Assembly (NCBI RefSeq): GCF_009914755.1
Contig: NC_060939.1
Source of the DNA: the human T2T-CHM13v2.0 reference genome, Homo sapiens
DNA: 64,000 bases
Strand: one strand, 5' to 3'
In this document: one piece after another, positions 11,182-27,708 of the stretch
Numbering within the stretch: the first letter of the stretch is position 1
Layout: each line of letters starts with the position of its first letter
Translations under genes and position numbers: made by a program
The notes under the pieces: model-generated
Databases searched by the model: none
Told to the model about the DNA's origin: nothing
What the model saw: the letters and a program-made list of their open reading frames with translations, nothing else

Positions 11182-13100
11182 TCATTAGCTAATTTTTTAT
11201 ATCCTCCCTAGATTGAGAGGATATGGCCTTTAGATATAGGAAAATCAGCTTCAATACAGGGATGACCCAGTGGAACAAATACCAAAGATGAAATAGTAAG
11301 GTTAAACATGCACCATTGTGATAAGATAAGCATATATTTTCTTTGCCTACTCAGGACCTCTCTCTCATTGATTGTGTGTTTTGGATGAATTTGAACCTCT
11401 GGTGACAGAGGTAAACATGCAAAGATACTTAAGCCAATCAAAATACTTCATGACCTTGACATAATTTATTGAGGATGGGCACATGACATTTCATCTAAGT
11501 TATTTTAGTAGTCATAAAATTGTTCATATTTCCTTATCACCCTTATAATGTCTGTAGGATGTCTAGTGATGTTCTCTATTTCATTTCGGACATCGGTGAT
11601 TTATTTGTATTCTCTCTCTCTCATTGATCAGTCTAACTAGTGGTTTATAATTTAATTACTCTTTTTAAAGAACCAGTTTTTTATTGATTTTATCTATTTA
11701 CTTTTGTTTCACTGGTTTCTGCTGTTATTTGTTTTATATTTTTCTTTCTATTTGAGTTTAATTTGCTCTTATTTTTATAGGGTCTTTTAGTAGAAGATTA
11801 GATTATTGCTTTCGTCTATAGCTTCGCCCTCACAAATTATGTCATGTTTTCATTTTCATTCATTTAAAATATTTTCTAATTTGACTTGTGATTTCCTATT
11901 GAGATGTGTGTTATTTAATTTCAAATATGTATTTTGGACCTTTTCATAGATAGTATTCTGTTTTATTGCTCAATTTAATTGCATATTGTCAGAGAACATA
12001 CTTTGAATTATTTTGTTCCTTTTAAATATATTGAGACTTATTTTGTGGATAAGCACATGGTGTCTACTGGTGAATATTCCATGTGCATTTGAAAAGAAAG
12101 TATATTTGTCAGATGTTGGACAGGGTGTTCTCTGTGTCAATTAGGCCAAGTTGATTCTTGGCGTTTTTTAGGTCTTGTGTGTTTCTATTGATTTCTCTGC
12201 CTTCTTGTTCTATCAACCTGTTTAGAATATGAAGTACTGACATCTCAAAATGTAATTTTGGTTTCAACATAATTATGGTTTTTAACTACTTCTGTGTTTA
12301 CATCTTTTACTTCATGTGTTTTGAAATTACGTTACTAGATCATGCTTTTTTATTGTATTTTTATATCTTCTTGATGAATTGACCTCACTAACATTACCAG
12401 CTTCTCTCTCTATTCATTGCAGTATTTCTTGTTATTAAGACTCTCTTGTCTCATATTAAGAACAACACCAGGTTCCTTCTATTAATGTTTGCATTATATA
12501 ACTTTTCCCATTACTCTTAATCTACATTTTTATATTTAAAGTGAATTTCTTGTAGATAGCTGCTTATAATCTATGTAGATTTATATTTAAAGTGAATTTA
12601 TATATATATTTTTATATTTAAAGTGAATTTCTTGTAGATAGCATGTAGTTGAATCTTGTCTTTTCATCTAATATGATATTTTCTGCCTTTTGATGCATTT
12701 TGAACATTTAAAATTATTGTGATTATCTATGAGGTAGAATTAAACCTACCATGTTGTTGCTTATTTTTTATCTTCAGCATTTGTTTTGTGCCATCTTCCT
12801 TTATTTTTTCCTTCCTTTGGAGCAAGCAATTTTTATAATTACATTTTATGTCCACTATCAATGTATTATTTATATGTCTCTATTAGTAATTACTGTAAGG
12901 TCTACAATATAAAACATAATTTTATGGTCTACCTTCAAATAATATTATAAAACTTCCTTATCAAATATAAACCTTATAACATTATACTTTAAGTCCATTC
13001 TACTTTTTAGAACAATATTGCCGTTAATTTTAAATTTTCATAGGTTATAAACTCCAGAATACATTACTATTGCTACTGTTTTTCCTTTGAGCACTTATAT

Positions 13101-13426
13101 ATTTTTTCTTTTTTTTCCAAAAAAGCATTTTCAGACCAAAAATATTTCTTCTTATTGCATGTTTTCGTTTTTAATGAAGACAAGTAAGCCATTAGATGAT
13201 GAGTCACAAGATTCCCATTCTTTTCCACAAAATGTATTCTGGCAGCAACCATCAATTATCATGGAAGGGCAACCCTTGTGCTTCCAGGAGATGACATTAC
13301 AGGGGCTCCTAAGACATTGGCAACTAAGGGCTCTGGGCGTGATGCAGGCCACTGTAAAAGGCCAAGAAGAATAAGCAATATGCTACACATACATATGTGA
13401 GACAATGAAGAAGGTGGGCCATGTGT
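13101..13426 (-). other. Orphan ~325-bp non-repeat insert with short poly(A) tail inside L1
   Basis: T-run at 13102-13116, then sequence unlike L1; L1 text reads contiguously across the two flanks. Confidence 0.5.
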
Positions 13427-13647
13427 TTAAAAAAATTAAACAATGAATAAAGCATATATTTTAATATTTTCCCGCAGCGTTACCACTTACAGCCTTCTTT
13501 GTCTTGTCTGTAGATACAAGTTTCTTTTTAGTGTCATTTTCCTTTTGCAAGAACTTCCTTTAACATTTCTTGTGCTGCAGGTTTGCCTTAGTTCCTGTTT
13601 GCCTTCATTTTTGAAAGACTTTTTGCTGGATATAGAATTCTAGGGGG

Positions 13648-13935
<288 letters not shown>

Positions 13936-14949
13936 ATTTTTTTAATGAAATTTTCATTAATTAAAAATATTTAGGGGTGTATAACAACCCCTACTCCCAC
14001 TTAAGTTCTTTAAAAGGTTGTCATTTGATTGTCTTTCAAAATGTATATTTCTGATACGAATCTGCAATCATTCCTTGTTGCACTGAAACAATGTCTTTTA
14101 TTTCTGGCTCCCTTAAAATTTTTCTTCTTTATCACTGGATTTTGGCAATTTGATTACAATTAGCCATGTGTGATTTTCTTTATGTTAATTCTACTTAGGT
14201 TTTATTCAGCATATTTGATGTGTGGGTTTACCATTTCCATCAAATTTGGATAAATATTGTCTATGATTTTCTTTTTTTTCTTCTTTCCTGTTCTCTCTTC
14301 TCTCTTATAAGGACTTCGTTAGGCATGCATTAAATCTTTGATATTTTCCCACATGTCATTGAGGCTCTGGTCATTTTTTCCAACCTTTTTTTTTTTCCTT
14401 TTCTACATTTCATTTTGGAAAGTGCTATTACTATGCCTTCCAGTTTACTGATCTTTACTTATGCAGTGTCTAATCTGCTTTTAATTTTATTCTGTGATGT
14501 TTTTATTTCAGAAATTTTATTTTTATATTTCTTGGAGTTCTAGTATGTTCTCTTTCGTATCTTCTATTTCTCTTATTATTTAAATTTTTTCTTATATCCT
14601 TGAGCATATATATCATATTTAAGTAAACTGTTTTAATATCCCTTGTTATTTATAACTTTGATCATCTATGTCATGCTTAAGTGTGTTTTAATTGCCTTTT
14701 TTCTGGTTATTGGTGACATTTTTCCCACCTCTTTATCCAGTTATTTTAAATTTTCCATTTCTGAATGTTCAGATTTTGTTGTTTTCCTGCAGAGTACTGG
14801 ACTTTGTTCTGGGAGACAGTGAGGTTAACTCATTATCAGTTTGATCGTTTTGAGGCTTGATTTAAAGCCCCTTCAGGTTAAAAGTAACAGGAGCTACCTT
14901 TACTTTAGCCCCAGTTTTAATGCCTAGCCCCTTATGCAGTTTTTAATGA

Positions 14950-15835
14950 ATACTCTTTTTGTTCACTGGGATGTTCAACCATGGTTTCTGGCTCATAACT
15001 CTCATAGCCCCTGTTACAGTAAACAGAATCTCTCTCTCTCTCTCTTTCTCTCTCTGTGTCTCATCTCCTCCTGTCCACCTTTCACCTGCCCAAGGCAGGA
15101 CTCTAACCTGATTGTGGGTCATAAACCCTCATTCCAGAGGGGCCGTGCCCTGTACCCTGGAGGAAGGAATGCTGCACAGAGAGACCAAGAAGAGTCTGAA
15201 CAGCAAGCCCTTGCAGGCTTTAGATCATGCCCTTTTTGTCCAATCGCATTGTGACGTGGTTGTCCATCGTTCAATCACGCCTGTCCAACGAAGTCTCCAT
15301 AGAAGCCCAAGAAGACAGAGTTTGAGAGCTTCAGGACAGCTGAACATGTGGAGGTTGCTGGAAGGTGGTGCGTCTGGGGAGGACAAGGAAGCTCTGTACA
15401 CCTTCCCCTGTACCTCATCCCATGCATCTCTTCATCTGTGTCCTTTTGTCCTTTGTAATAATACCTTATAATAAGCTGGTGAATGTGCTTCCCTGAGTTC
15501 TGTGAGCCACTGTAGCAAATTAATGGGATCCAAAGAGGGAGCTGTGGGAACCCCATCTTGAAGCTGGTCAGTCAGAAGTTCTGGAGGCCAGAGTTGTGAC
15601 TGGTATCTGGAGGTAGGGACAGTCTTGCAGGATTCAGCTTTCACCCTGTGGGATCTGACATTTTTCCCAGGAAGATATTGTCAGATTTTAATTGAATTAG
15701 AGGAAACCCAGTTGGGGTCTGACGCTTGGTGTGTGGGGTAAACCCCCACACATTTGGTCACAGTGTCTTCTGTGCTGATTGGATTGTTGAGTAAGAGAAT
15801 AGGTAAAAACACTTTTGAGTGTGTTTGACATTTTT
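14950..15835 (+). mobile_element. LTR (MER21-like)
   Basis: TTCTGGCTCATAACTC, ACCCTCATTCCAGAGGGG, TTCCCTGAGTTCTGTGAGCCACTGTAGCAAATTAAT, CCCTGTGGGATCTGAC, CACACATTTGGTCAC. Confidence 0.75.
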
Positions 15836-16515
15836 TCGAACAGGGCTTTTACTCTAGCTACTGGAAGCTTGAATGATTCCAGGCCTTATGTGAGCTCTAG
15901 AATTTTTCATCTACGGTTTTCTACAATTACTCCTTTCCTAGAAGTTTTCCCTAGCTTGACATCATGGGGTTTCTCCCTACGTATGTACAGATGGATATTC
16001 AGCCACAGACTTAAAGTCACCCCAACATAAATTTCTATAATGTTTTCTCTGCATATTCTATATCTGTGGAAATTTTAGCCACTTCTGCCTCTCTGAAATC
16101 TGAGCTCTTTGACTAGGCTCTTCCAGATCACTCTCACCCCTTGCCCCATGCTGCTGTCTGGTAATTGCCTCAAGGTAGAAAATGTGAACAATTACAAAGT
16201 TTACCATATCGTGTCCATTCTGTCTCTGCCGTCATAGCCCTGCACTACCTATATAGTCCAACATATGAAAATAGTGTTTATTTTCTATCTATTTTTTAGT
16301 TTTCTAATTATGGCAGGAGATTAATTCTGGATTCTAATACTCCTTCATGATTGGAAGTGGAAATCTAGTTACCTGTTTATTTGGGTAGCTAATGGTGAAA
16401 GAAAGAAAAATGTGTTATTTATCTAAGAAAATTGCTACAGAATTAATAATAAGGGGTGATCTTTTATGTGTGTGCACGCACTCTGCCTCCTCCCCCACCC
16501 ACTTAAGGAAATATC

Positions 16516-20547
<4,032 letters not shown>

Positions 20548-20550
20548 CTC

Positions 20551-20619
20551 ACCTCGTGATCTGCCCACCTCAGCTTCCCAAAGTGCTGGGATTAGAGGCG
20601 TGAACCACCGTGCCCGGCC
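20551..20619 (-). mobile_element. Alu 5' stub (first ~70 nt only)
   Basis: ACCTCGTGATCTGCCCACCTCAGCTTCCCAAAGTGCTGGGATTAGAGGCGTGAACCACCGTGCCCGGCC. Confidence 0.92.
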
Positions 20620-20812
20620 CCAATCTGGCTATTTCTGTACCTAACTTCCATTTTCTGTATATCACTTTCCTTTTTGTGCCCATGAATCTTTTTCCACCAT
20701 GTGGTCACACTGGAGTCTCTGAGCCTACTCTGGCTCAGGAGGCTGTCTGATTCGTGGATCATTGCTCAATTAAACTCTTAAATTTAATTCAGCTGAAGTT
20801 TCTCTTTTAACA
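20620..20812 (+). mobile_element. 3' half of ERV1 LTR (MER57A/B-like)
   Basis: CTGGAGTCTCTGAGCCTACTCTGGCTCAGGAGGCTG, CTCAATTAAACTC, end TTTCTCTTTTAACA. Confidence 0.75.
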
Positions 20813-21927
20813 ATATAATTACTTTTCATAACCCAAATTTTTAGTAGAGTTTGTTAGACACCAAAATAAATGAGTGAATTTTATAGAAATTAAAGAAGAG
20901 AGTTAGTTTGTACATCTGGACTGGCACAAGGCAGAACACAAATAGCATGTATGAGATGGCAAGGCTATCCTAAACTAAGATAATATTGGGACCAGAAGCT
21001 CAGAATCAGATTTGGGAAAACTCCTGAGAATTTTTAGAAGTCTTAAGAAAGACATTACATTTGTCAAACTATAAGGAACAGAGCTTTAGCAAATTATTAT
21101 TGCAGATCTATTGAGCAGAATGACCCTAAGTGACCTCTGTGTTAACCTTAGGCTCTGTGCTGTCTATACCAGTAATATTCTAAGATGCTGAGCATCTATT
21201 ATTAACCAACTGCTGCTGGCAATGGCAGTCTGCTGGGAGAAAATTATGCAGAGAAAAGATTCCATTTCTCTCTCAAATGTTGGCAGATGATTAGGAGGAA
21301 AATTATCTTAAAAGTGAAATTATATAAATGTTATCTGATTAACTTTTTTGGTGACACTTCATTTATCAAACTGAAAGTACAATGGTGAGCTGATGTTAAG
21401 ATTTTCTTCAGTATTATTTAACAATAATGAATGCAGAGTTATTTTTAAAACAACTTAGTCACCCAGAATTTATTTCATTCCCTAAGGTAGTTCATATATT
21501 AAGATTTATGCTTAACATGCTGCTTTCTTAATTTGGAACATGTTATTAAAAGAAAATGACAAACATTGTTTTAGGGCTTTTAATTTAGCTCTTGCTGAAA
21601 TGATAATTTTAACCTCTATATGAATGTCATATGTCATGTTTAATTTCTTCATTTTTGATATGTACATCTATAATTTTGGTGGCTAGATAAGGTAGGCAAC
21701 ATATTATCTAGCATTCCATCAATTGGAACTCTATAACATTTACATATTGAAAATTGAAGACAATATAAAACACTGAGATTTTGATATGCATTTTAAATGT
21801 TTGCTTAGGAATAGTATTAAGTTAAATTATGTTTGGTTTCACTTTAGTATTTTGACATGATATATAATTTTTATTAAAAACAACTTACAGTTGTGTATTC
21901 ATTATCTCATTTTCTCCTCATAATGAG

Positions 21928-22242
21928 TTTTTTTTTGTTTTGTTTTTGTTTGTTTTTTTTTTGAGATGGTGTCTCGCTCTGTCGCCCAGGTTGGAGTGCA
22001 GTGGCATGATCTTGGCTCATTGCAACCTCCACCTACCGGGTTCAAGTTATTCTCCTTCCCCAGCCTTCTGACTAGCTGGGATTACAGGCATGCCTCACCA
22101 CACGCAGCTAATTTTTGTGTTTTTCATAGAGACGGGGTTTCACCGTGTTGGTCAGGCTGGTCTCGAACTCCTGACCTCATGATCCACCCACCTCAGCATC
22201 CCAAAGTGCTGGGATTACAGGCATGAGCCACCACACCTGGCC
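21928..22242 (-). mobile_element. Alu (AluS)
   Basis: Antisense dimer, T-rich tail; ATAATGA on both flanks. Confidence 0.97.
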
Positions 22243-23899
22243 CAGATAATGAAATAGGCTCAGAAACAAAAACATGTTTATCTGTGGCCTAATGGCTAAC
22301 ACACTGCTTCTTAAATTTTATAAGTATAAATATGCATATGGTTAATATTAAGGAGTCATTTTAATACTCAAAGTATTCATACAGTAGTTGGAATAATTAC
22401 CCAGCATAACTTGGTCATAGTCACATGATTCAAACTATCATTTTATGCCATAGATATATTTTATTTGATATTAAAATATTAAAAATTATTGTATGTGTTT
22501 AGATATATTTATGGGTAATGGTAATTAATATTTGAAGTCTGATAAATCTAAATATTGAAAATAATTATCTTTGATTTTTTTCTTATTTGAGTTTTGTAAA
22601 TGGGCATGTACAACTCATAGAAGAAGAAAGCTAGTTAACTAGCATTCACCAAAGCATTACCAAAATAACTAAATGAAACAAAAAAGAACCCTATGAAGTC
22701 TTCGTAATATTTTAATGTTAATTTAAAAATTTTTAATGTCTCATCGTTAATAAAATAATGTTTTGTGATAGAAATAATTTGTATAATTATTGCTAGATGA
22801 ATTGATTCTTTTCAAACTTTTTTCTTTGGTCCAAATATATCATCCTGACTACCTCACAAAAATTACAAATATGAATGCATGTTCTGGGCCAACCATTTCC
22901 AGATTTTAAAATTTCACAGACTACTGAAATTACAAGAAAAACTAATGGAAGGGATAGCCCAGGTTTGTCGATATTTCTTATTCCCACTGAAAACATTAAA
23001 CAAAACAAATTCTTTGCATTGTTTTTGCAAAATTCTTTATCATTATTTTATAAAACAGAGGGTATTAAACACCAAAAAAAGAAAAAGATAAAAGGAAGGT
23101 TGTAATCTTATACTGAAGGAGTCTTTGATAAGAATGATTTATAAAATAAGTACAGGCATACACACACACACACACTCATATTTAGTTTTCATTTTTAATG
23201 CTATGAACTTCCAACCCCGTATTCAGAAAACTTCATCTAAATGGATACCCAGGGAAGACAGTTCTAGGCTGTTTCCCAGATCCTGCTTTTATCTCCCTGG
23301 CCAGATTCTTGGCTCCACGTCTCATTTCTGATACCTATTTGTATTATTTCCATTGCTGAATCCTTCTGATTTCACTCCAGGCTTGGGGGATCTGTTTTCT
23401 CTAAAGGTTTTGGACTATGTGTTCTCCTATGGTTTTGTCTTTCTCTGGTTCTTTAGGGTGAGAAATAGCTGCACTGTCCTCTTGCTCCTTGGAATTCCCA
23501 CACTAGCTGTGATTCCCCCAGTTTTGATAAGAAATCCGGATATGTTTTTGTCTATCTGAATTCTCTATCACATTTGAGTTCTGCTAATTATAGCAGCACA
23601 GACCATCTTCTCTTTCTAGATATTGATGACCCCTTGTTGACAATGACATTTAAAGTAAGAATGCACGTTGTTCAATTGTATAATATAGTTATCTCTTTGT
23701 CTTAAGCTTTCAATATGTGTGTGGATTTTTTACTTTAATAATTTATTGAGGTTAGATTCAGATGATAATCATGATATCATGTGATAACTCACATATCATT
23801 TTCAAACAATATTTTACAGGTTGCTTTTATGACCTAAAATGTTAAAAATTTCAAAATTAAAGAAGGATATTTTGAGGATACTCAGGGAGGTAACTCACA

Positions 23900-24890
23900 A
23901 TCGAAGGGACCAGTAGAAGTCATTGGTCCATCATCCTAGCCACAATTCAGAATCATGATAAATGAATTAATTGGTCATGCAACCCCTATTTAGATGCTTC
24001 AGTCATGGGGAGGTAATTGCCCCATAGGGTTTCTCATTCCATTCTTGGCCATCATCATTGGAAATTTCCCTCTTAGAATGACCTGAAATCTGAATCTCTC
24101 TTAGAATGACCTGAAATAGCCCTATTTGAAGATAGCTGTGAAATCTCCCAGGAGTCTTTGCCTCTCCAAGTTAAACATTCCTAATCCTTTCAAACCATTC
24201 ACTCTTCGTATAACATGCTTTTCAGATCCTTAATCTTTTAGACTTTTTTTCTGAATATGTCGATAATTTTAACAGTCTTACATTGTCTTCCAGAGCTGCA
24301 ATCAATATTCCTGAAAAAGTCTTATAAAATTGAGCATGGTAGACTATTATTTCAGGTCATCTGGACAATGTGCTATTATTGATGCATCTTCTTGAAGAGG
24401 AGATTCACATAAATGTTGTGATCAACTGAAGTTCCTAGATTTAATCTTTGCTGCTGAAATAGGTTCTTTCTACCCAGTTGATGTACATTTGATTTTCTGA
24501 ACCAAAATATGGGGCTTTAGACTTATATTTGATAAAATTCACCTTGTCAATGTATTTAAATATTCTCTGAAAGCTAGAAATACTTTACATTATAGAATGA
24601 CATCATTCTGAATCTTAATTTTATTCAAAATATCATATATTTCTCTTTATTTCATATTATTTGCACATTTGGTTTAGCATTTAAAATAAATTTATGTCAA
24701 TGACAAGCATTAAAATGAATATGTTCAAGGACTCTATATGTGAGACCTCCTGCTAAGTTTATACTTTGTAATTAATTTATATTACTTGGGTATAGTTATC
24801 TAAAAGGCAAGAATCGAATCAAGTATGTTTTATTATTCAGTCTTTGTGTTTATACAAGGATATAATTGGAAACTTTATCACTTGCTTTCT
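23900..24890 (-). mobile_element. L3/CR1 LINE fragment
   Basis: GAAGGGACCAGTAGAAGTCATTGGTCCA (CR1/L3 3' end), ATTTGAAGATAGCTGT, TCTCCAAGTTAAACATTCC, TATTGATGCATC. Confidence 0.6.
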
Positions 24891-25021
24891 AAAAGATAAT
24901 GGTATTAAATAGCCATCTGAAACATAAAATGACTCAACTCCATATTTTTTGCGTGTTGTTATTTTTATTTTTTTATAAGTTCATTGGATTTCTATCATAA
25001 TAAAAATATATCATCTTTATC

Positions 25022-25055
25022 ACACTTGTTCTTAGTCAAAAGGCTGAGAAGCAGT
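25022..25055 (-). pseudogene. RNU2: U2 snRNA 5'-end retrocopy (3'-truncated, ~34 nt)
   Basis: ACACTTGTTCTTAGTCAAAAGGCTGAGAAGCAGT versus reverse complement of U2 nt 1-34, ACACTTGATCTTAGCCAAAAGGCCGAGAAGCGAT (29/34). Confidence 0.88.
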
Positions 25056-25079
25056 ATATGGTGCTTGTCAAAAACTCAT

Positions 25080-25410
25080 TTCTTAGCATGGGTCGTCTAG
25101 AAAACAGAGCCTGGGGCAACAATTAAAGTATTGCTGCCTATAGAGGTGCAAACACATGTGTGTTAAGATAAAAGAAAAAAGAAAAGTGAGGTAAAGAAAG
25201 ACATGAAACACAATGAGTTGGAAGCAGATCCAGCAGATTGCTCAGTGGGCATGTTAGCTTGGCCTTCATTACCTCTCCAGAAGAATTGTAAAGAGGAATC
25301 ATAACCTCAGAGTAGTCCATGGAAGATAGGTAAAAGGGAGAAATGCAACTGCCTACCTTTCTCTTGTCTCTTGTTTTGTATTAGTTGAAGTTCACCCACA
25401 CTAACTCCCC
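25080..25410 (-). mobile_element. ERVL LTR remnant (LTR33/LTR41-like)
   Basis: TCTTAG...GGGTCGTCTAGAAAACAGAGCCTG start and AAGTTCACCC...TAACTCCCC. Confidence 0.45.
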
Positions 25411-25526
25411 ATAATTCCCACCAGCTCCACTATCTTGTCCCTCCAACTCAGTCCTTGCCTGGTATGTTGCTACTAGCCAGTGTATCATCAGGAGGCATTA
25501 AATCTCGGCTGTGAAATGACACCAGA

Positions 25527-26398
25527 TGTATTAGTCTGCTTGGGCTGCTATAACAAAATACCATAGACTGGGTAGCTTAAACAACAGAAATTTATTTTTC
25601 ACAGTTTTGGAGGCTAGAAGTCCAAGATCAGAGTGGCAGCATGATCGAATTCTGGAAAGGGCTCTATTCCTGGCTTGTAGACAGCCACCTTCTTGCTATG
25701 TGCTCATTTTCCTGCACAGAATGAGGTCCAGCTGCTTGTTCTTGTGGTCCAATAACCAGATGCAGACAGACTTGGAACAAGGGTGTTTATTTCTGCAACT
25801 GGTTACAGGGAGAAAGTCAGAGTAAATCACCAGACAGACTCAAAATTACAAGTTTTTTTCTAGTGCTCGTGTATATTTTAAGCTCAATGCCTACATGTGG
25901 GAGTGCGGCCATAAGCAGGAGTGTTTCATTCAATCTATATCTAATCTTTAACTAGAGCCTGGGGTCTGGAAAGCTTTCTCTAGAGTCTTGGAAAGTTTCT
26001 TAAGTGTGTTCTGGTACAAAGTGCATGTTTAAGAATGCTATTATTCTATCAGACTTTAGGGTCTGAGAAAACCCAGGCAGGGTCTTAATAGGTTTGTTTT
26101 CACATTCCTGCCCTCATACACCCAGTTTCTCCAGTTCTTTAATGTTTAACTTATGCATTCATCAAAATTATAGTAAAAGGTTAGTGGAAACCGACTGTTC
26201 TGGTTGCTACTAGAAACCTGGCCTGCCACACTCACGTTGGGGAGTCAGAGCGAAAGCAATCTCTCTGGTGTCTTGGGGGCTTCAGGACCTCATCTTAAAC
26301 CTAATTGTCTCTCAAAGACTCCATCTGTAAGTAACATCACTTTTTAGGTTAGGGCTCCAGCATATGATTTGAGGGGTAACAACATCTAGTCTGTAGCA
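25527..26398 (-). mobile_element. MaLR LTR (MLT1A/MST-like), split by a nested ERV1 LTR
   Basis: TGTATTAGTCTGCTTGGGCTGCTATAACAAAATACCATAGACTGGGT start; resumes at 26231 and ends CTAGTCTGTAGCA. Confidence 0.88.
25707..26230 (-). mobile_element. ERV1-type solo LTR nested in MaLR LTR
   Basis: 524-bp insert ending GCCACA, reverse poly(A) signal TTTATT near 25788, 4-bp TSD CTCA (25703-25706 / 26231-26234). Confidence 0.75.
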
Positions 26399-26830
26399 TT
26401 CTGTCCCTGGCTCCCCCAAATTCAAGTCCTTCTTGCATGTAAAATACATTCATTTCATCCCAGTGGCCCTCCAAGTTTTAACTAATTCCAGCATCAACTC
26501 TAAAGTCCAAAGTCTCATCTAAATATCACCTAAATCAGATATAGGGGAGACTGTAGGTATGATTCATCCTGAGGTAAAATTCCTCTCCAGCTATAAACCT
26601 GTAAAATGAGACAAGTTAATGTGCTTTCAAAATACAATGGTGGACAGGCCTAGGATAGACATTCCCACTGCAAATGGAGAAACCAGAAGGAAGAAAGAGG
26701 TGACAGGTCCCAAGCAAGACCAAAGCCTAGCAAGGCAAATTCTATCAGATCTTAAGGCCTGAGACTACTCCTCTTTGGACTGATGCTCTACCCTCCAGGC
26801 TGTCTGGGGCGGCAGAGTCATCCCCAAGTC
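26399..26830 (-). mobile_element. MaLR internal sequence (MLT1/MST-int)
   Basis: Directly abuts LTR: CCCCCAAATTCAAGTCCTTC, TCCAGCATCAACTCTAAAGTCCAAAGTCTCATCT, TCAAAATACAATGGTGG. Confidence 0.8.
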
Positions 26831-26869
26831 TATGTAGGTTGGCCTCACCCTTCAGATCAGTATTGGGCA

Positions 26870-27250
26870 GGAAACTGCAGAAGTGACACACATTTCTAAT
26901 TGTGTAAATTAGTACAATCTTTCTAAAGATCAACTTTGTGATACAAATCAAAAGTCATAAACTGTTACATATCCCTTGATGCAGTAATTCAAGTGATAGC
27001 TGTTTATCATAATGATATTGTTATACATGCACAACAGATTTTAATACAAGAATGCTTATCACAATTTGTATATTATAATGAAAAAGTGGAATCCTCAAGT
27101 GTCAACAATCAGAGATTTGTGCAATCATTCAATAGACTAGTATGTAGCCAAAAGGATTGATAATTAATATCATACTCAGAGCATTTAATACTCCATAGAA
27201 GATTCAAGGTGTAATAAATGAACAAAGCAGGTTGCCAGACAACATTATAT
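26870..27250 (+). mobile_element. L1ME 3' fragment
   Basis: TGTAAATTAGTACAATCTTTCT, CATATCCCTTGATGCAGTAATTC, ACAAGAATGCTTATCACA. Confidence 0.55.
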
Positions 27251-27252
27251 TT

Positions 27253-27708
27253 GTAACAGATGCTATGTATTATGTATGCCACACTTGTGTATCTTCACCC
27301 TCACTATTCCAGCATGTGCTTACTGTGCTTCTAATTTCCAGCATCGACTTCTCTTTGTCTAAATTTTCTTTGCCCATGTGCTTAGCAGGCCAGTGATGCC
27401 CCTTGATGAGCACTCATTCAATAACTGGTGGAGTCCACGATGTAGCCCCAGTGGTGAGGTTACTCACCACTTTGTTAAGACAACTTTGAGGTCCATGTTC
27501 CATGCTGGCTGCCAGAGTTCCTCATTTGGAACATTTCAGCTACCACAGTGGTAATGTCCTTGTACATACACTTTTTTGGCTGCTTTCTATGCCTTGTTTT
27601 ACTTTTCCACTGTCCTTTCTGTGTCTCCTGACATCTTCACCCACATAAATGACCAGCACTTGAATCCCTGTCTCTAGGTCTTTTTCCAAGGAAATCCAAC
27701 CTAAAACA
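27253..27708 (+). mobile_element. ERVL LTR (LTR16A-like)
   Basis: TGTAACAGATGC start; CCACAGTGGTAA; GCACTTGAATCCCTGTCTC...AACCTAAAACA end. Confidence 0.7.
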
